64,000 bases of DNA from a virus: the IMG/VR virus record IMGVR_UViG_3300045988_152778, positions 1-64,000 of that record. One strand, written 5' to 3'. The position numbers and the translations under genes are program-made. Below, piece by piece: positions 9,003 to 17,160 of the stretch (its first letter is position 1; every line of letters starts with the position of its first letter). The notes beneath the pieces are model-generated. The model worked only from the letters and a program-made list of their open reading frames with translations, ran no database searches and was not told the origin of the DNA.

Positions 9003-10233
9003 TCTGAACCCTCTCCATCCAATCTTTTAAAAGTGTCCTCATTCTTCTGCTCGGCACATACAGCCATATCTCTTCTCCGCGTCTTATAGCCGATCTCCAT
9101 ATCCACTGCAACATAGTTGAAAGAGCGTACATATCTTGGTCTACCTCTACACCAAATTTCTCATACACACGCCTCTCCGCGACATTCATAAACAGGTTAA
9201 CGGCGTAGGCAAGATACCTCTTATTAATGTATGAATTAGTAGCCCTCTCGTTGAAGACGACGTAACTCTTGGTGTAACCTTTGCCCTTAACCTTGTTACA
9301 GGCGCTCTTATAGGTTCCCCACATACGCTCGTCCGCAGGTGAGTTCTTCCATATATGCTTGTAGCAGTTGGCTATATGATTCTTAACAGCCTTGAGCTCG
9401 CCATCCTCACCAGCCTTGCGTCTCTGATACCAATTCATAGACAGCGCATGGGGCGGGTCGCCTATACGGTTGAGCTTTGGCGACTCTACTATATGTATAA
9501 GGTCTTTGATGTGCTTGGTGTATTCCGGCACATAATCGGTATTATCCGAAAAACGGTAACCCCCGTCCTTTAGCGACACACCTATATATGTATAGGGGAT
9601 TTTATAAATCTTCATAAAATAGCAAAGCGCCTGTCCGGTAAACAAATACGTCAGCACGAACACCTCATCGAACGAGGTCAACAGCTCCTGCGGCAGAGCC
9701 CAGTAATAAAGCTTCTGCCCCTTTTGTCCATCAACACACAAAATATCGCGGGAGCGGAACATCTTCATCTCGTCCTCAAATTTACCTGAGTCGTACAGCT
9801 TGTCTGTCGCCCGATATGTCGTGCCGTCTGATTCTAAAAAGCCTGTAGCGACAAGCCCGCCGACATCATTGGTCTTCATTTGACTCTCGATAAGAATATC
9901 CAAGCTCTCGTCTATGATGAGGGTATAGCCAAGCTCTCTAATCATCGCCAGCGTATCACGGTTATAATTTCTGAAAGCCGCGTGGGTTGTCGTTATGTTG
10001 CGCCCCTCGCTTATAAGAGCTGCTGTGTGCTCTGTCTTTCTGAAATGGTATTCGCTCAGCTTGTTGCTCGGCTCGACGAAGTGCAGCTCCGGGCAACCCT
10101 CTTTGATACGATTGCTCTCCGCCAGATACGGCGTGATGTAAATGAATTTCTTCTCCTTGTGTTCGTTCATATAGGTAATGGCAGCTTCGGTTTTGCCGGT
10201 ACCCATAATCGCATCACATACTTTGACTTTGAT
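8971..10233 (-). CDS. P-loop NTPase of unknown function; probable non-AUG (ATC) start 27 nt upstream of the first ATG
   Basis: The first ATG gives MGTGKTEAA, which splits a Walker A. The in-frame upstream codons give ...AIMGTGKT = [AG]x4GK[ST]. A perfect AGGAGG lies 8 nt upstream of an in-frame ATC (10231..10233), with no ATG/GTG/TTG between. Walker B LIIDESLD is present. Confidence 0.55.
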   Translation of the reverse strand: MKVKVCDAIMGTGKTEAAITYMNEHKEKKFIYITPYLAESNRIKEGCPELHFVEPSNKLSEYHFRKTEHTAALISEGRNITTTHAAFRNYNRDTLAMIRELGYTLIIDESLDILIESQMKTNDVGGLVATGFLESDGTTYRATDKLYDSGKFEDEMKMFRSRDILCVDGQKGQKLYYWALPQELLTSFDEVFVLTYLFTGQALCYFMKIYKIPYTYIGVSLKDGGYRFSDNTDYVPEYTKHIKDLIHIVESPKLNRIGDPPHALSMNWYQRRKAGEDGELKAVKNHIANCYKHIWKNSPADERMWGTYKSACNKVKGKGYTKSYVVFNERATNSYINKRYLAYAVNLFMNVAERRVYEKFGVEVDQDMYALSTMLQWIWRSAIRRGEEIWLYVPSRRMRTLLKDWMERVQNGDKDEDDYE

Positions 10234-10339
10234 AGTGTTTTCCTCCTATTTTGAACTTATTTTTTTAAAATGGTTCCAAACTGGCTCACAGCCCTTGTGT
10301 ATCAAGGCATCTGAGCACCCCCTCTCTTAAAAAACAATT

Positions 10340-10700
10340 TTGTGTTATGTGAAGGTCACAAGTCCACTAACGTGTCCTTGCTCGCCACATAATTCCGCCT
10401 ACGGAGTAGGCGGGAGGCTACGCTATACCACCTCGGGAGAAGTTCTCTTCGCAAGCTTCGCTAACTTCTCTTCGGAGATACCGCTGACGCCTCCCTCAAA
10501 CATCTCCGTAGGCGGGTGGAAGGCTTCGCCTTATTTCTAAAGGAAGACTGCATCCTCGGTTCGCTCCATCTTGAGGCGAACTCAGCAAGCCTTTAACTGC
10601 GCTGCGCTCCGTTTCCGTTCGCCTTATTAGTGTCGCTCACCTCGGATTTGCCTTGAAACGGCTTACGCCGTAGCCTGTACCACCATGTTATGTATATACC
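10340..10700. ncRNA. GC-rich highly structured non-coding segment; candidate structured RNA of unknown class
   Basis: No credible ORF. Local hairpin CCGCCTAC-GGA-GTAGGCGG (10388..10406), whose 5' arm can instead pair with CTCCGTAGGCGG at 10504..10515. Long-range closing pair GGCTACG (10406..10412) / CGTAGCC (10667..10673). Internal direct repeat TTCTCTTCG x2. Strand not determined. Confidence 0.3.
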
Positions 10701-10797
10701 TTACACCCGAGGTTAGCCGATTTACCAAAATCTGAAGGTTAAATTTATGAATAAATTATTAACAGAAGTAGAGGGTAGAAGCTTGGCGCGTAGCGAT

Positions 10798-10831
10798 AAA
10801 CATAAATAAAAAAAACGCGCCCTTCGGCGCG
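10798..10831 (-). terminator. Rho-independent terminator for minus-strand transcription
   Basis: Minus-strand read gives CGCGCC-GAAG-GGCGCG followed by TTTTTTTTATTTATG (perfect 6-bp GC stem, tetraloop, U-tract). Confidence 0.7.
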
Positions 10832-11310
10832 TAAGACGATCGTATACATATAGAACTTGTAGAAGCTTTCTTCGAAGACGTCAGCCTGTTATAGGCTTAT
10901 ACCACGAACGAAAGACCGCTCGTAAGGTAGACTTTAGGGATTTTAGCCTGTACCACATCTTTATCTCGGATGCTCGTAGGGGTAACTTTGTGCGTAGAGC
11001 GGGCTTTTACCAGTTTTTTTAAAATTTTAAAAAGCACCAATCTACCTGACCCGTAGAAGATACCCTCCACTATGGGCGGGATTTGTGTAGTTCTGAGGGT
11101 CTATTTTGACGACGTGTGAGTGGGGTTGATTAACTAAGCGGTTTTTCACGATTATTTTTCTGCTATATGTTTAAAATAGCCCCCGTGGGGCTATAAATCC
11201 ATAAAGGCGTATTTTATGGATTATTATACCTATATAGTCGAGGTATACAAGCTATGATATTTTAGTGTTATATAAGCATTATTTTTTTGTTGTATTTACA
11301 ACGCCGTCTA

Positions 11311-11355
11311 CACGTCAACGTCAACACTGCATAATATCACCGTCAACACGTCAAT
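11311..11355. repeat. Iteron-like direct repeats (GTCAAC/GTCAAT x4)
   Basis: cACGTCAACGTCAACActg...ccGTCAACACGTCAATtac, beside a TTGTATTTACAA palindrome in an AT-rich tract. Confidence 0.5.
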
Positions 11356-11380
11356 TACATCTTATATGCTAAAATAAAAA

Positions 11381-11421
11381 AATACCTATACATCAAAAAG
11401 ATAAATTCCGTGTGTATAGGT
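11381..11421. promoter_or_regulatory. 12-bp perfect inverted repeat AATACCTATACA-N17-TGTATAGGTATT (candidate operator); a third TATAGGTAGGTA copy follows at 11428..11439
   Basis: Read directly from sequence. A dyad-symmetric site typical of dimeric repressor/regulator binding. Confidence 0.45.
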
Positions 11422-11543
11422 ATTATATTATATATTATATAGGTAGGTATATATCCTATAATGTCGGGACGGCTACACCGTCCCCATCGGCGGCACTTGT
11501 GCCGCCTAATAGACGCGCGAACATCTATTATTCTGCGCAAGAA

Positions 11544-11894
11544 TTATTTATCGTTGATTGGTAGGCGTAGAACGGCGCGGAGTGCATCGGGGGATATATG
11601 CGCGGCAGCGGCTACTACTGACACCGCCGTGTTCAGGTCAGGCGGCTCAGGTTCAGGGGTCGGGCGTTCGAGTAGAGCGTCTATAGATATATTTAAATAA
11701 TCGCATATACGGGCAAGCGTGATATAAGACGGCGCGCCGCCGTGCGTCATTTTAGTTAAAGCAGCATGATTGATGTTTAATTCTTGTAACATAGTTTTTA
11801 CCGTGATATTTTGTCTCGTGCATTCTTTTTTAATCTTTTCTGCAATAATAGTGGGGTCATAATTGTTAGTATTGCACAAGTTCATCAGCTCCAT
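11544..11894 (-). CDS. XRE/CI-like helix-turn-helix transcriptional repressor
   Basis: 116 aa. HTH_3-type segment ITVKTMLQELNINHAALTKMTHGGAPSYITLARICDYLNISIDALLE. Minus strand, divergent from the plus-strand early region; the usual lysogeny-switch position. Confidence 0.8.
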   Translation of the reverse strand: MELMNLCNTNNYDPTIIAEKIKKECTRQNITVKTMLQELNINHAALTKMTHGGAPSYITLARICDYLNISIDALLERPTPEPEPPDLNTAVSVVAAAAHISPDALRAVLRLPINDK

Positions 11895-11968
11895 TGCATA
11901 GGCTTATTGTGTATATGTTACGAAGATGTGTAAAATCTCTAAAAAGTTCATTATTTTTCTTTTTCGAG

Positions 11969-11997
11969 TATAACAATGCACTTTTTGGTGCTATAAT
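11969..11997 (+). promoter_or_regulatory. Candidate early (lytic) promoter with extended -10 (TGcTATAAT)
   Basis: TATAAT at 11992..11997 with TG at -15/-14 and ATAACA at -35 (16-nt spacer). Divergent from the repressor gene. The first convincing plus-strand gene starts about 900 nt downstream. Confidence 0.45.
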
Positions 11998-12009
11998 GTG
12001 CTTGCACTT

Positions 12010-12095
12010 GAGGGACAAGCCCCACGGACAAGCCGCCGACAACGAGCCGTTGAGCCGTGCGGACAAGGCGCGCGGGGTAAGCCCCAACAAGTACG
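12010..12095. repeat. Degenerate 9-11-mer direct repeats (GGACAAGCC / CGACAACGAGCC / GGACAAGGCGC / CCCAACAAG)
   Basis: GGGACAAGCCCCACGGACAAGCCGCCGACAACGAGCCGTTGAGCCGTGCGGACAAGGCGCGCGGGGTAAGCCCCAACAAG, immediately downstream of the candidate early promoter. Confidence 0.5.
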
Positions 12096-12913
12096 CAATA
12101 TATAAAATTATACACCAATGCCGCAAAAAGTCAAGCGGCGAAGGGCTTGCCCATAACAACAAGAAAGAGGGTGATTAATTTTTGCGCGGTTAGTCGGCTT
12201 TTAGCGGATTAATACGCGACAAGCGGAACACATAAATATTATTGTATGTCCTTGCAATACTTTGATATTGCTATCACGCTATGACGGCTTTATAGCTATC
12301 AGCCCGGGACGGCGCGCGCCGTTGCGCGTTTATCGTATGCAATAATATTGTAAAATATCGGTAACGGCGGCGGGACACTCTCATCCGTTACTATGCCGCA
12401 TAGGGGCGCTATGCGGGGCGAATAAAGGCATTTTATCACAAGTCCGTAAAAGGTCAAAGAAATAACTGCCATTTAAGCGGGTGTATTATCTGTTTAAATA
12501 CTTTGATTTTGTTGTGCTAAAGTGGAGAGTCCGGGGACGGTTGGAAGCCGTCCGAACCTTTTGAGTTCCTTTGCCGTTGGTGCTTGATATATACGCGATA
12601 AGTATATCGGCAATAAGAAAAAAATAAACCGTGCATTAATGCTATATTGATATTTTAGCTTTACACCGCCCGCGCTATTTCTCAGGAGATACGGACAACG
12701 GACGGTAATTTTTATTTTTAGGAATAAATATTTATTGTAAAGCGGGGATGTTAATGTTTCATTTTTGGAAAATGCACGGTGACGGGTAACAATTGATACG
12801 TTGGTACAATAGGACATTTTAACACATTCCGAGCGCGTGAGCTGTTATATGTTCGCGCGTTCTTTAATGTGCTAAAAGCATATAAAATATTTAAATAAGG
12901 ACGGTAAAAAATC

Positions 12914-14053
12914 ATGAAAAAGACAACAGAAAAGAAAGCATTACGGAATATTACGGAAATTAAAGCAGAGCTTGAAACACGCGCTAACGCCTACAACGCG
13001 GCAATAAATGCCGACGATACAAAGGCGGCAGAGCTCGAAAAGCTCGACAATGAAACATCAGAGCTTGAAAAAGAGTATGCCCGCGCCGCGTTTCATGCAA
13101 CGGCTCTCGAACTGCTCGACAACCCCGCGCCTATGCTTGCGGCGGCGACGGCTCTAACTTTCGAGACGCTGAAACACAAAGATAAAGAGGACGAAAACGG
13201 CATAAAATCGCGTGAACTCGTCGCGGCTGAACGCCCGCTTGATTTTGTCGCACTTGAATCATTCTTTGTCGAGCGCGGAAAGAAATTCGGCGCGGAATCT
13301 GCATGGGTTTACAAAGTCGCGGCTTTTAATCGTTTACTCTGCATGAGAACGGCGCAAAGTATCGGCGCGGATGTGAAAACAGTCGCGGAAAAGTTCGCTA
13401 CACCTACACAAGCCCGCGATATCAATCTCGGCAAAACTCCGACAAGCAACACACAATTACTCAAGCAATTACAGATGATAATTGACTCCATGCTTTATGT
13501 AGAGGGCGAAAAGGGCAATATCTATAAAGCAAATTCGCATGATGTCGGATATCTGTTATCCCTCTACGCGAAGAAGGGGCGCGGCGTTCTGAGTGTTGCC
13601 GCGGCACGCCCGAAGTATCTTGAAAAGCTCATAGCGGAAATACTTCACCGCATAGTCACCGAAAAGTCCTATAATATCGAGTTCAAGGAAAAGAAAGACC
13701 GCGCAAGCGGCAAGATAGATCCTAAACCCGCCGGGGCTGTTGAATCCGCGAGAAAATCCGCGAAAAAATCGAGCGCAAAGGCTCAGACGGAAATTGAACG
13801 CGCAAGACGCGCCGCCGATAAAGTTCGCAAAAAAGCAAAGGCGGAGGCGAAAAAAATTCAAGCTGAGAACGGCGGCGCGTCTGTAGCTGCGCCGTGGCTG
13901 CTCGACGCGATGCGTAAACTCGCCGAAGAGAAAAAAGCCGGAAAAATCACGGACGAAGAATTTAATAAATATCTTGAGTACGCCGAAAATAGAGACATCG
14001 AGGAAGGCGGCATAGGATTCTACGGTGTAAACAGCGAGGAAGAATCCGCATAA
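12914..14053 (+). CDS. Hypothetical early protein (379 aa); Ala/Lys-rich charged C-terminal region
   Basis: Long ORF with RBS AAGGACGG-N9-ATG. No recognisable catalytic motifs. Confidence 0.6.
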   Translation: MKKTTEKKALRNITEIKAELETRANAYNAAINADDTKAAELEKLDNETSELEKEYARAAFHATALELLDNPAPMLAAATALTFETLKHKDKEDENGIKSRELVAAERPLDFVALESFFVERGKKFGAESAWVYKVAAFNRLLCMRTAQSIGADVKTVAEKFATPTQARDINLGKTPTSNTQLLKQLQMIIDSMLYVEGEKGNIYKANSHDVGYLLSLYAKKGRGVLSVAAARPKYLEKLIAEILHRIVTEKSYNIEFKEKKDRASGKIDPKPAGAVESARKSAKKSSAKAQTEIERARRAADKVRKKAKAEAKKIQAENGGASVAAPWLLDAMRKLAEEKKAGKITDEEFNKYLEYAENRDIEEGGIGFYGVNSEEESA

Positions 14054-14090
14054 AAAATTTTACGCTCAAAAGTGAAATTAAATCAAAATT

Positions 14091-14141
14091 AAAAATCCCC
14101 GTCTGAAATGAAATGAAAATCAGTTTTGACGGGGATTTTAT
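14091..14141 (+). terminator. Possible rho-independent terminator (A-tract-CCCCGTC ... GACGGGG-ATTTTAT)
   Basis: 7-bp GC-rich stem with a large (24-nt) loop, flanked by A- and T-tracts. Confidence 0.4.
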
Positions 14142-14175
14142 ATCCAAAATCTAAATCAGAAAGGAATTGAAAATC

Positions 14176-14319
14176 ATGGATAAAAATCAGATTGAAATTT
14201 GGGATGCACTTTGCAATCTCGACGGCGAAACGGTTGCAAGGCTGTTTACAAATTACTATGGAAATCAGCTTTTAACCGACGATTTCCGCGAGTTTATGGA
14301 GGATGAAGGGGTAATATGA
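14176..14319 (+). CDS. Small hypothetical protein (47 aa)
   Basis: AGAAAGGAA RBS. MDKNQIEIWDALCNLDGETVARLFTNYYGNQLLTDDFREFMEDEGVI. Stop overlaps the next start (ATGA). Confidence 0.45.
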   Translation: MDKNQIEIWDALCNLDGETVARLFTNYYGNQLLTDDFREFMEDEGVI

Positions 14320-14495
14320 AAATCAAAAACGGAAACGAAACTGTATATGAAATCATAACTAATCACGATTTTACACTCGATGAAGCTATAGCCTTTGCGG
14401 GCGAGTACAGTAACGATGCTGCGATAAACGGCGAGCCGGAAATAACCATTGACGGCAAAAAATATTATTATGAGGAGTTGAGTTTAGAATGGTAA
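14316..14495 (+). CDS. Small hypothetical protein (59 aa)
   Basis: MKIKNGNETVYEIITNHDFTLDEAIAFAGEYSNDAAINGEPEITIDGKKYYYEELSLEW; translationally coupled to its neighbours. Confidence 0.45.
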   Translation: MKIKNGNETVYEIITNHDFTLDEAIAFAGEYSNDAAINGEPEITIDGKKYYYEELSLEW

Positions 14496-14929
14496 GTGCC
14501 TATGAGATAGAAGCCCGTGATTTTCTGATACGAAATAATATTAAAATGAGTATCATATTCAAAGACCGCGAAGCAAATCGACTTTGGCGCGACAACGCAA
14601 AACGAAATCGCTACTCGGTTTATATCAAAAACACCGATACCGGCGAGGTTGTGCACGTTACATTTTGGGATTCCATATATAACACAATACACAATATCAC
14701 GCCGACTTGCTATGACATTCTCGCGTGTTTGACGAAGTATGACCCCGGAAACTATGAGGATTTTTGTTCGGAATTTGGGTATGAAACCGAAACCGAAAAC
14801 GAATTCGGCAGACTAACGCGAAATCCGAACGCTTATAAGATTTGGGAGGCGTGTTGTCACGAATGGGAAGGAGTAAAGCGCGTATTCGACGAGGGCGAAA
14901 TACTCGAAGAATTGCGGGAAATAAACTAA
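14489..14929 (+). CDS. Hypothetical protein (146 aa)
   Basis: ORF-track ORF; overlaps the upstream stop. Confidence 0.5.
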   Translation: MVSAYEIEARDFLIRNNIKMSIIFKDREANRLWRDNAKRNRYSVYIKNTDTGEVVHVTFWDSIYNTIHNITPTCYDILACLTKYDPGNYEDFCSEFGYETETENEFGRLTRNPNAYKIWEACCHEWEGVKRVFDEGEILEELREIN

Positions 14930-15045
14930 AGAAAATCACTTCGGAAATTGGTAATGAAATTATATTCCCGAAGTGTTTCTATTCTCAAAACATAATCTAA
15001 ATACCACAAAATTAAAACGAAAATGAAAGGAGCGAATATTTTACT

Positions 15046-15252
15046 ATGTCATACGAAAAGTTTGTAAAGGGAGTGATATGGAAAGTCGGATTTGAAACGA
15101 AAATCCGTTTTGAAAACGACGGCGAAAAGTATACGGCATACATAACGGGCGGAATTATTATCTACGGAAATAGCATATCCGCTCTTGTATTGGTGCGCTG
15201 GGGCGACGGTCATTCGGCGCGAATAAAATTAGAGGAGGAAAGGAAATCATGA
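15046..15252 (+). CDS. Hypothetical protein (68 aa)
   Basis: RBS GAAAGGAG-N10-ATG. Confidence 0.45.
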   Translation: MSYEKFVKGVIWKVGFETKIRFENDGEKYTAYITGGIIIYGNSISALVLVRWGDGHSARIKLEEERKS

Positions 15253-15428
15253 GCTATAGTACCTATGGGGTCGAAGTTGAAAAGCAAAACGGTTTGGTAA
15301 TCGGAAAGCATTTCAACAATCTCGATGATGCTATGTGTGTAGCCGAACGGGCTGTATATGAGCGCGGCTGCGTGTGGTCGTGCGTATATATGCCTAACGG
15401 CGATATTTATGTTGAATACGAAGTATAG
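15249..15428 (+). CDS. Small hypothetical protein (59 aa)
   Basis: ATGA overlap with the upstream gene. MSYSTYGVEVEKQNGLVIGKHFNNLDDAMCVAERAVYERGCVWSCVYMPNGDIYVEYEV. Confidence 0.4.
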   Translation: MSYSTYGVEVEKQNGLVIGKHFNNLDDAMCVAERAVYERGCVWSCVYMPNGDIYVEYEV

Positions 15429-15568
15429 CTTTAGCTAATACGAAGAAAATGTGGCATAAAATTTTAAAAGATTTTTGGTAAATAACCGAAGTCGTGATAT
15501 AAGATAGAGCTGCCGTGAAAGGGAAAACAAACTCGGCTGCTAAATTTAAAATCAGAAAGGAAAACAAA

Positions 15569-15784
15569 ATGGAAATCAGAGAGGAAACGAAAGACTGGAT
15601 AGATTTTAACGAAATACGCTGCGGAGATGTGTTTCGTGCCGAGGACGACGATTACTATTACTATATGAGGGTAAGCGGGTCAGCAAAGTACAACGCTGTT
15701 GAAGTTGGTACTGGGCAGTTAGTCTGTTTTGGCGGCGAATTGGTGAGTCCAGTTCACAACGCGAAAATGGTGGTTAATTTCTGA
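15569..15784 (+). CDS. Hypothetical protein (71 aa)
   Basis: Internal ATG of ORF 15515..15784 preceded by the AATCAGAAAGGAAAACAAA RBS motif that recurs before neighbouring genes. Confidence 0.45.
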   Translation: MEIREETKDWIDFNEIRCGDVFRAEDDDYYYYMRVSGSAKYNAVEVGTGQLVCFGGELVSPVHNAKMVVNF

Positions 15785-15796
15785 AAGGAGATCAAA

Positions 15797-15991
15797 ATGA
15801 AAATCGAAATCAAAACCGGGAACGCCGCTTTTCATGACTGTGACGCGGAAAATGAATATGCCGACTACTACGCCACGGCGGCTGAGCTTGACCGAATTTT
15901 CGGGCAGATAAGCAGAGCTGTAGCCGAAGGGGGAACAGACGGCTTGGCGATAGACAGCAACGGAAACATATGCGGAGAGTGGAAAATCTGA
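15797..15991 (+). CDS. Hypothetical protein (64 aa)
   Basis: RBS GAAAGGAGATCAAA-ATG. Confidence 0.45.
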   Translation: MKIEIKTGNAAFHDCDAENEYADYYATAAELDRIFGQISRAVAEGGTDGLAIDSNGNICGEWKI

Positions 15992-15992
15992 A

Positions 15993-16202
15993 ATGAAAAT
16001 GATTTTTGTTGTGGTTGTCACTGCCGAAAACGGAAAGTATTTCGCCTTCGCCGACACGATAGCGACGGGTAATAACTTGATCGCCATACTTAAAAGATAC
16101 AACGCTGATATATGCCATTTATGCGAAAGCCGTAGAAAGGCGGAGGAACTGGCGCGAAAATGGAATGAGGCGTATAGACAAAACGGTACAAACTTATTTT
16201 AA
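15993..16202 (+). CDS. Hypothetical protein (69 aa)
   Basis: ORF-track ORF; compact spacing. Confidence 0.4.
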   Translation: MKMIFVVVVTAENGKYFAFADTIATGNNLIAILKRYNADICHLCESRRKAEELARKWNEAYRQNGTNLF

Positions 16203-16220
16203 ATCAGAAAGGGAATCAAA

Positions 16221-16424
16221 ATGGAATTGAGATTTGCAATCACAACTGTAATTGAAATTGCCTTCGTCGTCGCGTTTTTGTATGCGCTGTGGCACGAGGG
16301 TAAAATTATAGCTTTCGAGGAACGGATGGAGGATGCCGTAGCTCGATGGCTTGCGAAGAAAATCATAAACAGAAGGAGGAGAGCTGCGGTTGACAGAAGA
16401 AGACAGAATGAAAAGGTTCGTTAA
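16221..16424 (+). CDS. Small membrane protein (67 aa)
   Basis: RBS AGAAAGGGAATCAAA-ATG. Hydrophobic segment ITTVIEIAFVVAFLYALW then a basic tail. Confidence 0.45.
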   Translation: MELRFAITTVIEIAFVVAFLYALWHEGKIIAFEERMEDAVARWLAKKIINRRRRAAVDRRRQNEKVR

Positions 16425-16554
16425 ACACAAAATCAAAGTCCTAAAGGAATTGGGCGTGAGTTTGACAACCGAAGATGAAAAGCGTTTGGCGACGGCTTCC
16501 AGTTATATCGCTGTAGATAATATGGCGAGAACGATGATTCAGAAATTAAATTAA
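16408..16554 (+). CDS. Small hypothetical protein (48 aa; alternative TTG start at 16390) that contains the left copy of the 23-bp repeat
   Basis: MKRFVKHKIKVLKELGVSLTTEDEKRLATASSYIAVDNMARTMIQKLN. Low confidence. Confidence 0.3.
   Translation: MKRFVKHKIKVLKELGVSLTTEDEKRLATASSYIAVDNMARTMIQKLN
16478..16500. repeat. 23-bp exact direct repeat, copy 1 (AAAAGCGTTTGGCGACGGCTTCC)
   Basis: Identical 23-mer occurs again at 27432..27454. A chance match in 64 kb is expected at about 1e-4. Confidence 0.8.
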
Positions 16555-16573
16555 AATTCAGGAGGAAAATGAA

Positions 16574-16849
16574 ATGAACGAGGATTTTGAAATAGATACG
16601 GAGTTTGAGGAGGATAAGGGTTGTGAAAACACATTGCCTTGTTCGGAGTGCGTACATTATGTAGGGTGCTCAAAAATGATGTATGCGGAATATGGCTACG
16701 GGATTGCCCCTAACGAAGTTCTTGACCTCTGTAATTGTCCTCTACCGTTATCGGAAATTGAATTTGTTAATAATGAAACGAAGAAGAAGTTTTACAAGCA
16801 ACGCGAGAGGACAGCGCGGTTTGGTACGATCAGCATTTATTTTCGGTAA
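16574..16849 (+). CDS. Hypothetical Cys-containing protein (91 aa)
   Basis: RBS AGGAGGAAAATGAA-ATG. CSECVHYVGC...CNC. Confidence 0.45.
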   Translation: MNEDFEIDTEFEEDKGCENTLPCSECVHYVGCSKMMYAEYGYGIAPNEVLDLCNCPLPLSEIEFVNNETKKKFYKQRERTARFGTISIYFR

Positions 16850-16873
16850 AACTAAATTAAGGAGGAAAATGAA

Positions 16874-17140
16874 ATGATATTTAAAATAGGCGATAGAATT
16901 GTGTGCGGTGGTGAGGTTGACGGGCATTACAGCACCCGAGGCGAGCGCGGGGTGGTCATTGGTGATCCCAACAACGCCCTCATTCTTATACAGTTTGACA
17001 ACCTTATTCCGAACGCCCACGACGGCAACGGACGCGGTAGATACGGACATTGTTTGTGGGCAGACCCCAATATGCTTCAACTCGAAACGGCCGCGACCCC
17101 AATCATCCCCGCATCAGAACGCGAATATATTACACTTTGA
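16874..17140 (+). CDS. Hypothetical protein (88 aa)
   Basis: Same AAGGAGGAAAATGAA-ATG initiation motif. Confidence 0.45.
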   Translation: MIFKIGDRIVCGGEVDGHYSTRGERGVVIGDPNNALILIQFDNLIPNAHDGNGRGRYGHCLWADPNMLQLETAATPIIPASEREYITL

Positions 17141-17160
17141 AAATTAAGGAGGAAAATGAA

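Noticed and set aside
10340-10700. Considered tmRNA, RNase P RNA, 6S RNA, group II intron domain V or a retron msr/msd for the structured segment
   Set aside because: No tRNA-like acceptor/T-arm end with a tag reading frame, none of the RNase P conserved stretches, and no adjacent reverse transcriptase or intron ORF. The class is left open.
11461-11700. 79-aa plus-strand ORF (Arg/Gly-rich) antisense to the repressor 3' end; also 61-aa minus ORF 11355..11540
   Set aside because: Low-complexity translations of the GC hairpin/AT tracts with no RBS. The region is better explained as regulatory DNA.
11894-12178. Plus-strand 94-aa ORF (and nested 60-aa ATG version) immediately divergent from the repressor; considered as a Cro candidate
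   Set aside because: It begins inside the repressor coding region and spans the promoter -10 (ATG within TATAATG). It has no RBS and no HTH; its composition is set by the GGACAAGCC repeats. It is more likely non-coding leader.
17050-17160. 5' extension of ORF 17050..18747 (MFVGRPQYASTRNG...) overlapping the upstream gene
   Set aside because: The internal ATG at 17161 has the conserved AAGGAGGAAAATGAA initiation cassette, and the extension overlaps gene 16874..17140.
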